Source: Nemertoderma westbladi (taxonomy: Eukaryota > Animalia > Xenacoelomorpha). From it: DNA of 64,000 bases. Position numbers and translations under genes: made by a program. Positions within the stretch are counted from its first letter, which is position 1. Each line of letters begins with the position of its first letter. Positions 1 through 13,263 of the stretch are shown here, one piece after another. The notes under the pieces are model-generated. The model did no database searches. It was not told where the DNA came from and saw only the letters and a program-made list of their open reading frames with translations. Location of the stretch: NCBI GenBank assembly GCA_032718475.1, contig JAUCBJ010008293.1, positions 2,162 to 66,161 of the forward strand, read 5' to 3'.

Positions 1-3000
1 AACGCAGATGGCATACATCCATAGTGAACGGAGACGGCATACACCCATAATGAATGGAGAAGGCATACATCCATAATGAATGGAGAAGGCATACATCCAT
101 AGTGAACGGAGACGGCATACATCCATAATGAATGGAGAAGGCATATACCCATAATGAATGGAGAAGGCATACATCCATAGTGAACGGAGACGGCATACAT
201 CCATAGTGAACGGAGACGGCATACATCCATAGTGAACGCAGATGGCATACATCCATAATGAATGGAGAAGGCATACATCCATAGTGAACTTAGATGGCAT
301 ACATACACCCATAAGGAAAGGTGAAGGCATACATTCATAGTGACTGGAGACGACATACACCCATAATGAATGGAGAAGGCATACGCCCATAATGAATGGA
401 GAAGGCATACATCCATAGTGAACGGAGACGGCATACATCCATAGTGAACGGAGACGGCATACATCCATAGTGAACGCAGACGGCATACACCCATAGTGAA
501 CGGAGACGGCATACATTCATTATAGTGTACGCAGACGGCATACATCCATTGTGAACTTAGACGGCATACACCCATAATGAAAGCAAGCGGCATACATCCA
601 TAGTGAACGCAGATGGCATACATCCATAGTGAACGGAGACAACATACACCCATAATGAATGGAGAAGGCATACACCCATAATGAATGGAGAAGGCATACA
701 TCCATAATGAATGGAGAAGGCATACATCCATAGTGAACGGAGACGGCATACATCCATAATGAATGGAGAAGGCATATACCCATAATGAATGGAGAAGGCA
801 TACATCCATAGTGAACGGAGACGGCATACATCCATAGTGAACGGAGACGGCATACATCCATAGTGAACGCAGATGGCATACATCCATAATGAATGGAGAA
901 GGCATACATCCATAGTGAACTTAGATGGCATACATACACCCATAAGGAAAGGTGAAGGCATACATTCATAGTGACTGGAGACGACATACACCCATAGTGA
1001 ACGGAGACGGCATACACCCATAATGAATGGAGAAGGCAAACACCCATAATGAAAGGAGAAGGCATACATCCATAGTGAACTTAGATGGCATACATACACC
1101 CATAAGGAAAGGTGAAGGCATACATTCATAGTGACTGGAGACGACATACACCCATAGTGAACGCAGACGGCATACACCCATAGTGAACGCATACGGCATA
1201 CATCCATAGTGAACGGAGATGGCATACATCCATAGTGAACGGAGACGGCATACACCCATAATGAAAGCAAGCGGCATACATCCATAGTGAACGCAGATGG
1301 CATAATTCCATAGTGAACGGAGACGGCATACATCCATAGTGAACGGAGACAGCATACACCTATAATGAATGGAGAATGCCTACATCCATAGTGAACGGAG
1401 ACGGCATACACTCATAATGAATGGAGAAGGCATACATCCATAGTGAACGGAGACGGCATACATCCATAGTGAACGCAGACGGCATACATCCATATTGAAC
1501 GGAGACGGCATACATCCATAGTGAACGGAGACGGCATACATCCATAGTGTATGCAGACGGCATACATCCATAGTGAACGGAGACGGCATACACCCATAAT
1601 GAATGGAGAAGGCATACACCCATAATGAATGGAGAAGGCATACATCCATAGTGAACGGAGACGGCATACATCCATAGTGAACGCAGGCGGCATACATCCA
1701 TAGTGAACGGAGACGGCATACATCCATAGTGAACGGAGACGGCATACATCCATAGTGTATGCAGACGGCATACATCCATAGTGAACGGAGACAGCATACA
1801 CCTATAATGAATGGAGAATGCCTACATCCATAGTGAACGGAGACGGCATACACCCATAATGAATGGAGAAGGCATACATCCATAGTCAACGGAGACGGCA
1901 TACATCCATAGTGAACGCAGACGGCATACATCCATGGTGAACGGAGACGGCATACATCCATAGTGAACGGAGACGGCATACATCCATAGTGTATGCAGAC
2001 GGCATACATCCATAGTGAACGGAGAAGGCATACACCGATAATGAATGGAGAATGCATACATCCATAGTGAACGGAGACGGCATACACCCATAATGAATGG
2101 AGAAGGCATATACCCATAATGATTGGAGAATGCATACACCGATAATGAATGGAGAAGGCATACATCCATCCATAGTGAACGGAGATGGCATACATCCATA
2201 GTGAACGGAGAGACGGCATACACCCATAATGAATGGAGAAGGCATACACCGATAATGAATGGAGAAGGCATACATCCATAGTGAACGGAGACGGCATACA
2301 CCCATAATGAATGGAGAAGGCATACACCGATAATGAATGGAGAAGGCATACATCCATAGTGAACGGAGACGGCATACACCCATAATGAATGGAGAAGCAT
2401 ATACCCATAATGAATGGAGAAGGCATACATCCATAGTGAACGGAGACGGCATACACCCATAATGAATGGAGAAGCATATACCCATAATGAATGGAGAAGG
2501 CATACATCCATAGTGAACGGAGACGGCATACACCGATAATGAATGGAGAAGGCCTACACCCATAGTGAACGGAGACGGCATACATCCATAGTGAACGGAG
2601 ACAACATACACCCATAATGAAAGGAGAAGGCATACATCCATAGTGAACTTAGACGGCATACATACACCCATAATGAATGGAAAAGGCATACATCCATAGT
2701 GAACGCAGACGGCATACATCCATAGTGAACGGAGACAGCATACACCCATAATTAATGGAGAAGGCATACATCCATAATGAATGGAAAAGGCATACATCCA
2801 TAGTGAACGGAGACGGCATACATCCACAGTGAACGCAGACGGCATACATCCATAGTGAACGGAGACGGCATACATCCATAGTGAACGGAGACGGCATACA
2901 TCCATAGTGTATGCAGACAGCATACACCTATAATGAATGGAGAATGCCTACATCCATAGTGAACGGAGACGGCATACATCCATAATGACTGGAGAAGGCA

Positions 3001-5601
3001 TACATCCATAGTGAACGCAGACGGCATACATCCATAGTGTATGCAGACAGCATACACCTATAATGAATGGAGAATGCCTACATCCATAGTGAACGGAGAC
3101 GGCATACATCCATAATGAATGGAGAAGGCAAACATCCATAGTGAACGCAGACGGCATACATCCATAGTGAACGGAGAAGGCATACATCCATAGTGAACGG
3201 AGACGGCATACATCCATAGTGAACGCAGACGGCATACATCCATAGTGAACGGAGACGGCATACATCCATAGTGAACGGAGACGGCATACATCCATAGTGT
3301 ATGCAGACGGCATACATCCATAGTGAACGGAGACGGCATACACCCATAATGAATGGAGAAGGCATACACCCATAATGAATGGAGAAGGCATACATCCATA
3401 GTGAACGGAGACGGCATACATCCATAGTGAACGCAGACGGCATACATCCATAGTGAACGGAGACGGCATACATCCATAGTGAACGGAGACGGCATACATC
3501 CATAGTGTATGCAGACGGCATACATCCATAGTGAACGGAGACGGCATACACCCATAATGAATGGAGAAGGCATACACCCATAATGAATGGAGAAGGCATA
3601 CATCCATAGTGAACGGAGACGGCATACACCCATAATGAATGGAGAAGGCATACATCCATAGTGAACGGAGACGGCATAAACCCATAATGAATGGAGAAGG
3701 CATACATCCATAGTGAACGCAGACGGCATACATCCATAGTGAACGGAGACAGCATACACCCATAATGAAAGGAGAAGGCCTACATCCATAGTGAACTTAG
3801 ACGGCATACATACACCCATAATGAATGGAGAAGGCATACACCCATAATGAATGGAGAAGGCATACACCCATAATGAATGGAGAAGGCATACATTCATAGT
3901 GAACGGAGACGGCATACACCCATAATGAATGGAGAAGGCATACACCGATAATGAATGGAGAAGGCATACATCCATAGTGAACGGAGACGGCTTACATCCA
4001 TAGTGAACGGAGACGGCATACATCCATAGTGAACGCAGACGGCATACATCCATAGTGAACGGAGACAGCATACACCCATAATGAAAGGAGAAGGCCTACA
4101 TCCATAGTGAACTTAGACGGCATACATCCATAGTGAACGGAGACAGCATACACCCATAATGAATGGAGAAGGCCTACATCCATAGTGAACGGAGACGGCA
4201 TACACCCATAATGAATGGAGAAGGCATACACCGATAATGAATGGAGAAGGCATACATCCATAGTGAACGGAGACGGCATACACCCATAATGAATGGAAAA
4301 GGCATACATCCATAATGAATGGAGAAGGCATACATCCATAGTGAACGCAGACGGCATACATCCATAGTGAACGGAGACAGCATACACCCATAATGAAAGG
4401 AGAAGGCCTACATCCATAGTGAACTTAGACGGCATACATCCATAGTGAACGGAGACAGCATACACCCATAATGAATGGAGAAGGCCTACATCCATAGTGA
4501 ACGGAGACGGCATACACCCATAATGAATGGAGAAGGCATACACCGATAATGAATGGAGAAGGCATACATCCATAGTGAACGGAGACGGCATACACCCATA
4601 ATGAATGGAAAAGGCATACATCCATAATGAATGGAGAAGGCATACATCCATAGTGAACGCAGACGGCATACATCCATAGTGAACGGAGACAGCATACACC
4701 CATAATGAATGGAGAAGGCCTACATCCATAGTGAACGGAGACGGCATACACCCATAATGAATGGAGAAGGCATACACCGATAATGAATGGAGAAGGCATA
4801 CATCCATAGTGAACGGAGACGGCATACACCCATAATGAATGGAAAAGGCATACATCCATAATGAATGGAGAAGGCATACATCCATAGTGAACGCAGACGG
4901 CATACATCCATAGTGAACGGAGACAGCATACACCCATAATGAAAGGAGAAGGCCTACATCCATAGTGAACTTAGACGGCATACATCCATAGTGAACGGAG
5001 ACAGCATACACCCATAATGAATGGAGAAGGCCTACATCCATAGTGAACCGAGACGGCATACACCCATAATGAATGGAGAAGGCATACACCGATAATGAAT
5101 GGAGAAGGCATACATCCATAGTGAACGGAGACGGCATACACCCATAATGAATGGAAAAGGCATACATCCATAATGAATGGAGAAGGCATACATCCATAGT
5201 GAACGCAGACGGCATACATCCATAGTGAACGGAGACAGCATACACCCATAATGAAAGGAGAAGGCCTACATCCATAGTGAACTTAGACGGCATACATCCA
5301 TAGTGAACGGAGACGGCATACACCCATAATGAAAGGAGAAGGCATACACCCATAATGAATGGAAAAGGCATACATCCATAATGAATGGAGAAGGCATACA
5401 TCCATAGTGAACGCAGACGGCATACATCCATAGTGAACGGAGACAGCATACACCCATAATTAATGGAGAAGGCATACATCCATAGTGAACGCAGACGGCA
5501 TACATCCATAGTGAACGGAGACGGCATACATCCATAGTGAACGCGGACGGCATACATCCATAGTGAACGGAGACGGCATACACCCATAATGAATGGCGAA
5601 G
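1..5601. repeat. 26-bp satellite array with two interspersed subtypes, running off the window start
   Basis: Units GGCATACATCCATAGTGAACGGAGAC and GGCATACACCCATAATGAATGGAGAA repeat continuously, about 215 copies. All minus-strand ORFs here are repeat artefacts. Confidence 0.97.
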
Positions 5602-5739
5602 GTATGTTTCGCAAACTTTATTCGGCCCATACATCCGTAGCACCACTACATGCTGGTATTAGAAAACTCTGAGATTGATATGATTTACTCTGCTCAACTC
5701 CGCCGCAAGAAAATACAAAGCATTGATGAGCCAGGGCTG

Positions 5740-5786
5740 CTCTCTCTCTCTCTTCTCTCTCTCTCTTTCTCTCTCTATATATATAT
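5740..5786. repeat. Compound (CT)n(AT)n microsatellite
   Basis: Directly visible. Confidence 0.9.
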
Positions 5787-6279
5787 AGCCACTCTACTGA
5801 CACACCCCGGTGCGTTTACCCCGCTTACAGTAGGATCTATGGTTCCAATTAGCTCCACTGATTGCTATGCATACAGTAGCATCGACAGAGAAATCGGGAC
5901 TCCGATAGAGTAAGGAATTCCCAGGAAACTATCTCTCGCTTGTTGCCGCTGAATTATAATTGATCTATTAAGAAAACCTTTCCATGAATTTAAATATTTT
6001 TCGGATTCTTATCCCATTGAGACTACTATACTACATACGATAATATTTTTATAAACTAGAAACGAACTTTTATTGGCTAGAAACGAATGAGTAAATCTCA
6101 ATTATTATAAGTACTGTAATTTAGCCAATATTATATAAATAACCTTAACTTTAACTTTTAATTCCTTTATGTATAATTAATTTTAAACCAAAGTACACAA
6201 AGTACACATTATGTAGTTAATGATAATGATGTTGGACGCCACCTAGATCGAAAGCGAGTAATGACTGTTATATCGCTAC

Positions 6280-8030
6280 CCTGTACCCATACCCCACCCA
6301 TGTACACATACCCCACCCATGTACCCATACCCCACCCATGTACCCATACCGCACCCATGTACACATACCACACCCATGTACACATACCCCACCCATGTAC
6401 CCATACCCCACCCATGTACCCATACCCCACCCATGTACACATACCCCACCCATGTACCCATACCCCACCCATGTACCCATACCCCACCCTTTTACCCATA
6501 CCCCACCCATGTACCCATTTCTCACCCATGTACCCATACCCCACCCAGGTACCCATACCCCACCCATGTACCCATACCCCACCCATGTACCCATACCCCA
6601 CCCATGTACCCATACCCCACCCATATCCCACCCATGTACCCATACCCCACCCATACCCCACCCATACCCCACCCATGTACCCATACCCCACCCATGTACC
6701 CATACCCCACCCATACCCCACCCATGTACCCATACCCCACCCATGTACCCATACCCCACCCATGTACACATACCCCACCCATGTACACATACCCCACCCA
6801 TGTACCCATACCCCACCCATGTACACATGCCCCACCCATGTACACATAGCCCACCCATGTACCCATACCCCACCCATGTACCCATACCCCACCCATGTAC
6901 ACATACCCCACCCATGTACCCATACCCCACCCATGTACCCATACCCCACCCTTTTACCCATACCCCACCCATGTACCCATTTCTCACCCATGTACCCATA
7001 CCCCACCCAGGTACCCATACCCCACCCATGTACCCATACCCCACCCATGTACCCATACCCCACCCATGTACCCATACCCCACCCATATCCCACCCATGTA
7101 CCCATACCCCACCCATACCCCACCCATACCCCACCCATGTACCCATACCCCACCCATGTACCCATACCCCACCCATACCCCACCCATGTACCCATACCCC
7201 ACCCATGTACCCATACCCCACCCATGTACACATACCCCACCCATGTACACATACCCCACCCATGTACCCATACCCCACCCATGTACACATGCCCCACCCA
7301 TGTACACATAGCCCACCCATGTACCCATACCCCACCCATGTACCCATACCCCACCCATGTACCCATACCCCACCCATGTACACATACCCCACCCATGTAC
7401 ACATACCCCACCCATGTACCCATACCCCACCCATGTACCCATACCCCACCCATGTACCCATACACCACCCATGTACCCATACCCCACCATTTTACCCCTA
7501 CCCCACCCATGTACCCATTTCTCACCCATGTACCCATACCCCACCCATGTACCCATACACCACCCATGTACCCATACCCCACCCTTTTAGCCATACCCCA
7601 CCCATGTACCCATTTCTCACCCATGTACCCATACCCCACCCAGGTACCCATACCCCACCCATGTACCCATACCCCACCCATGTACCCATACCCCACCCAT
7701 GTACCCATACCCCACCCATACCCCACCCATGTACCCATACCCCACCCATGTACCCATACTCCACCCATACCCCACCCATGTACCCATACCCCACCCATGT
7801 ACCCATACCCCACTCATACTCCACCCATGTACCCATACCCCACCCATGTACCCATACCCCACCCATGTACACATACCCCACCCATGTACACATACCCCAC
7901 CCATGTACCCATACCCCACCCATGTACACATACCCCACCCATGTACCCATACCCCACCCATGTACACATGCCCCACCCATGTACACATACCCCACCCATG
8001 TACGCATCCCCCACACATGTACCCATACCA
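6280..8030. repeat. 19-bp C-rich/G-rich minisatellite
   Basis: Unit CATGTACCCATACCCCACC with shorter deletion variants. Rare variants recur at a 462-bp offset (CTTTTACCCATA near 6489 and 6951). Confidence 0.97.
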
Positions 8031-10249
8031 CAATACCAATACCACCCTCTCCCAGTGCCGATACCCGTACTGTGTACCCGTACCGGTGCTGTACCTCACT
8101 GCCGATCCCCCGTAGACCAAGTATTAATAGTGCGAACTGTGATAAATAATAGGACTAACAATCTATTATTATAAATAGACAATTAAATAATATAATTTTT
8201 AAAAGGGCCCGGGCTTACTTGAACCCGCCATTTCGACCGTTTCTTCATGTTTTTACAAGAAACACTCGATTCAAGGCACCTTGTTACCCCTCATTCAATT
8301 GTTTCTAGCCCAACAATTTCTTTGCGCACCAACCCTATTGTCCTAATTTCGAAAATAATATTTTTTATTAGCACATATTAGCACATACATAGTGAGAGCA
8401 CATATTATGTGCTCTCGCTTACACATTAAGCGCAGAGCTTTTACAAATTTAAGTGAAAGAAACTCTCTGAACAATGAAACAATGATGTAAAGAAGTGAGT
8501 CTTCTAGTAGTTTCATTTTCACTGTTTTCCACAAATATAAGGCCCTGGAGACTGGATTTAAAAGATCAAACCTACAATTTTTAATAATCGCAATTCAATG
8601 GGGCAAATTTGGGAATAAAATTACACACTACGCGGATTCGCACACACTTTACATTATTACCGAACACGTTGACGTTCGACAATTAGTAAAGTGCTCTTTA
8701 CACACTACAAAGCTAAATTCGACGGACTCGTAAATAAAGATTGCGGTTCTTAATGATTTCTTACGATTTCCAATTAAAGTAGCAACACGTATCAACTAGT
8801 AGCCGACGCACCCGTGAGCTTATACACTTTTGCGTGACCAATTTACAACTAGTACAAATTATTCATAGGTAGTCGGATAGATAGCAACACGAATTTAGCC
8901 AAAGTTAATTTTAGATATATAATTGCGGATTTGGAATATTGTAGCGGGCCGTATAAGGCGACACCTCCATAGGAAACACTCGGGGTTCCACTGTAAACCT
9001 CATTAGGCCAAAATCGCGCTAGGCCTAGCCTACATACTTAGCCAATACTTCAGTATATTAATGGGATTTTTCTGCCTCTTTGATTTCTCCACATTTTACG
9101 GAAGATGGTATTTGTTTATGATACAGCCGCAGCGCAGTTCCAAAGAACTTAGCTTTATGCGTTCAAGCTCAGTTACTTCATATATACTGTAGTGTCGTTG
9201 AAGGGTGACTAAAAAATATACTTAGTACCAAGATAGATGACTTAAAGATTTCCTAACCTAAAATCGTTACAATAAGATTTCATTACCTAAAAGTAGTTGT
9301 TGAATGAGGTTTCATATTTTATATTACTGTAAAATAACAATTTTACCAGTTTTAGGGGCAGAAAATAAGTATGATTTAACAAAGTTTACAAAAACCCAAA
9401 CCATCCCCCCTTAAACGAGATATCATTGACGAATATTATTTTTTAACAAGTTTGGTCTGCCAAGCAAACCCTAAACTCAATCATATCTAAATCAATCATA
9501 AAGACATGTTCCTACTGTAGTAGGTTCAATGGTACTGTGACAATATAATTAATTTTTCGTGTGTTTCACAACATGCTCCACATAATATTTTATCACGCTC
9601 TTTCCGATGGCCTATAGCTACTGTAATCTCGATGTAGGACAATATCAGGTCAATAAGGTTATTGATGCTCTATACTATTATCTTATCAAACTTTCTTGGG
9701 GATCAAAATTCCTTCCATAAATCCCTGTTCGTTTGACTAATCGAGAGATAAGATGACAGCCAGTACCGGTACAACAATAGGCCCGAGCGAAACCTCAAGA
9801 GCCCGGCTTGAATAAATCTATTGTTTGATGTGCAACTCAATTTACGGTTTAAAGGTATGTTGGGATTTTCGCGGCTAGCTGGTGAAGATTTCGTACTGTA
9901 TAATGTATACCGCGGCAAAGGTATGCTGCAAAAGATTAGAAGGCGGGTTTGTGGGGAAGCCCACCTGCAATGTAATAATGGTATTCTCATATTGAATACT
10001 TTTCCTTAATATTTTATTTTCATATTAACATAAATTAAATTTAAATATTAACTATTCCTAATACTTTATCTTGAATACTTAATATGGAAGACGGTCGCTT
10101 TAAATTATTACGGTGAAGATATAGAGCAATAGCGCATGCGGTACTGTACGCGGTACCGTAATTATTATATATATTGAGTTATCTGGAAGTAATGAAATCA
10201 TAGTATTAACCGAAATTAATATAAATTTACTGACCTCTATTGTAAGGTT

Positions 10250-10519
10250 CCACCTTGGTGTAGTGGTTGCATTGAATTCACATCTCCTTAGGTCGTGGGT
10301 TCGATCCTCACATGGGCCAGGGCAGTTTTCGTTTCGGCACGAATGCTTTAAAGGGACCAGCCAGGGCGCATCTCTGCCTTGCATCCTTAAGTGCTAGCTA
10401 AATGAGTACTGGAGTTTCCTCTGGGGAGTAAAGTTCTGGGGGACCGCACTGGAAATAAGTCGTCAGACTTCGTGCGTAATCCCTGGCCTAGCGGCCGAAG
10501 AAAATTAACTTTTTTTTTA
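10250..10519 (+). mobile_element. tRNA-derived SINE
   Basis: A box TGGTGTAGTGG, B box GGTTCGATCC, central AAATGAGTACTGGAGTTTCCTCTGGGGAGTAAAG, a 3' stem-loop region and a T-rich end. A related copy lies at 52652. Confidence 0.75.
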
Positions 10520-11239
10520 CTTTTAAGAACTTTCAATAATTTTATAATTTTATGCAATAGATCGAATCATCAACTAGGTGTGAAGAGACTTAGACTCTTA
10601 AAAATAGAATAAAATTATTAGCTTGCAAGAGACTCCCTGAAACGGAAGTAGTCAAACAATAAAGACGAGATTGATTTAAAGAGGAAAGAGATTCCTCTAG
10701 ACTCCCAGCATTCACATATAATAAAGCTTGGATGGGTCCTAATGAACACCTTCGAGGCTTCGACACCTTTTTAACCAGAACATCTTGCCATGGTTTCCAC
10801 CACCACCGTGTATGTGGTACGGCAGGGTTCCACAAACCACCAGTATCCTGTGTCCCCCAACAACGTATTCTATTTATCAGTAATTCTCTTTTATCATTTA
10901 TTTTATTAATTAATTAATAAAGCTACCTTTGGCGTTATTCGATTAAAAAATATATAATTTATAACAAAACTTAAATTACTTATAATATACAATAAATAAA
11001 TATACAATAGGTATTAAAATATAATAGGCGGTAGTCACTTATTACTGTATATCCATTCACCTGAAGAAGGCATATGTTTCAACTCCTCCCCACATTTCAT
11101 AATGTCGTTTTGTCCATTCGATAATAGATAGCATATTTAACAATTAATTGTGGTATGGAATCTAACCCTACATTCTAGATAATTGGGTAGAAATTAAACA
11201 TAAACATACTCAAACATACATAAGTGTTATTTTACTAAG

Positions 11240-11395
11240 TGTTGATATATTTGCGGTACAGGAAACTTGGTTAGATGATTTAGAGTCTTGTCGTCATCGT
11301 CACTTGCTCTGAAAAATCAACAACTTTTGTTGTAGTTACTCAGTTAGTTGTCTTATAAGCAACCCCAATAGGAAGAGGGGTGCTGGAGTCACCGC
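11240..11395 (+). pseudogene. Decayed LINE APE endonuclease remnant
   Basis: Translates to VDIFAVQETWLDD and, downstream, NRKRGAGV, which resemble the first two APE motifs. No intact ORF. Confidence 0.45.
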
Positions 11396-12012
11396 ACGCA
11401 CAATGGTATAGGCGCAATAAATTCACCACGGTATCACATATAAAGTCAGATATTAAAGCTAATATCCCAGGCTATGTATCCTTTTTAACTCTGGGTTAAC
11501 GCCCCCAATAATGCAAATAAACAGTTAAAAAAATCTTTAATGCTTTTCTAGCCAGATGCTATTCCATTCATATACTCGGATACGAATTGGGACATACTGT
11601 AGTGGCACTACATACAGGGACCACGCTTTTAGAGAAGAGCACCAAAATAGCAGAGTGTTGTTAAGACTCTTTGAATTTCTAAAGTTATAACAATCTCATA
11701 GCATCAGATACTTACTGTATAATATCTTATCGTGACCAGTAGTGATTATCTTTATAGGGCTAAATCACTTATACATAGACCCATAATTATTTCCAGTTTT
11801 GGACTATCATTAATGGTCGACCTTACACTCAGGGGAGCATCTAAGGTCTCATATAAGTTCAAACATGTGGAGGTAACAATTTAAACTTAGTCGCTTCAAC
11901 TGGAATTGGTTATTCACACACTAAAAATCTCAGTACACTACAATACTGTAGTTACAAACAAAATCAATAATTTTCTAAAATCAAATGAGATAGAGAGTGT
12001 ATGTTGTGACAG

Positions 12013-12714
12013 TGCAATTGCGACCCGGACAATTGCGACCCACACATTTTCTAAAATCATGGGTCGCAATTGTCCGGGTCTCAATTGTCTGCATCCAGAT
12101 TAAAAACCGATGTAATTTAAATCATACATAATCATAAATAAATAGTTATACACATTCTAGATTTCAACATTTTTATATCAATGGCTAATAATAATTCATA
12201 AAAGTCATAAATTTATCCAAAACAAACCACAGTAATTTAAGCAATAAATAATGCATGAACAATGTTAACAATATACAGTAGGCTATGCTAATTTTTAGAG
12301 CAACAGTTAAAACAAATTAATTTTAATTGAAAGCATTCCAGAAATTGCGAATAATCTTGGGTCAACATCTCCCTATGTTAAAGTGTAGCTACAGTCCATT
12401 AAATATAGCAGTAAATTAAATATAGCTACAGTAATTACACTTTAATTAATTTGTACAATTAATATAAAAGCATTCCACAATATAACATTGAGAATAATTT
12501 GGGGCCAAATTCTCCCATCTCAACATATGTTAAAAATATAGTTACAGTAATCAAAATTAGTATAATATATTATATAAATATACAGTCTGTCTCCGGACAT
12601 TTGGGACCCAGTAAATTATTCTAAAATCATATGGGTCCCAATTGACCGGATCGCAATTGACCGGATCGCAATTGTCCGGGTCGCAATTGTCCGGGTCGCA
12701 ATTGTCCGGACGCC
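12013..12714. mobile_element. Foldback/Mutator-like non-autonomous remnant
   Basis: Inverted arrays of GGACAATTGCGACCC / GGGTCGCAATTGTCC at both ends. The left terminus looks truncated. Confidence 0.55.
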
Positions 12715-13263
12715 AGTGTTTATAACTCAGTGAAACAGTTTTAAATTCGATGCGTCTGTGTATATGAAGCCATAGTGAACGAAGAGTATTCTTAGATAAT
12801 AAATTTTTTTTTATTTAATATTTTTATATATTTTTGGTTCAGATAATTTAAAACTATAAGGACAATATAGTGGAGAGCGACATTTATCAATAAGAGGAAA
12901 AAGAAAATTATTGTTTCATATAATGTAGTTGCATACAATTTTTGAAATAAATCTTTAAACTGTGTTTTTGCCTTTGTGTATTCGATTTTTCGCGCTTTCG
13001 TAGGCAACACAACAAAAATACGCTCCATCATGATTCTGGTTTTAGAATTCAATAAATACAAACATAATTATTCCCTTTCCCTTCCCTCACCTCACCTCAA
13101 AACCCCCGTGCCATCGAACATCCAATATGCCGCGGCCTTCCCTATCCAGTCACCTTTCATCAATCACCTATAAACCCATACGGCAATATCACCCGGCATC
13201 CCTGCTAATAACCACTACCCAATAAGGGAGCTTCCTCTGGTTAATGCATCCTTCCTTCTTATT

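Noticed and set aside
1-5601. CRISPR-like array
   Set aside because: There are no unique spacers and no cas genes, and the context is eukaryotic.
335-5646. Many long Cys/Met-rich minus-strand ORFs
   Set aside because: They are translations of the 26-bp satellite, open in all three frames.
6209-8174. Pro/His-rich and Gly/Trp-rich ORFs resembling extensin or structural proteins
   Set aside because: The 19-bp unit is not a multiple of 3 and all six frames are largely open.
9703-10009. Short ORFs with an acceptor-like site
   Set aside because: No recognisable domain and stops in the alternative frames.
11058-11085. Hammerhead-like CTGAAGA plus hairpin
   Set aside because: No GAAA box and no stem I or III.
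12770-12785. Isolated CCATAGTGAACG matching the 26-bp satellite
   Set aside because: A 12-bp match is too short to exclude chance.
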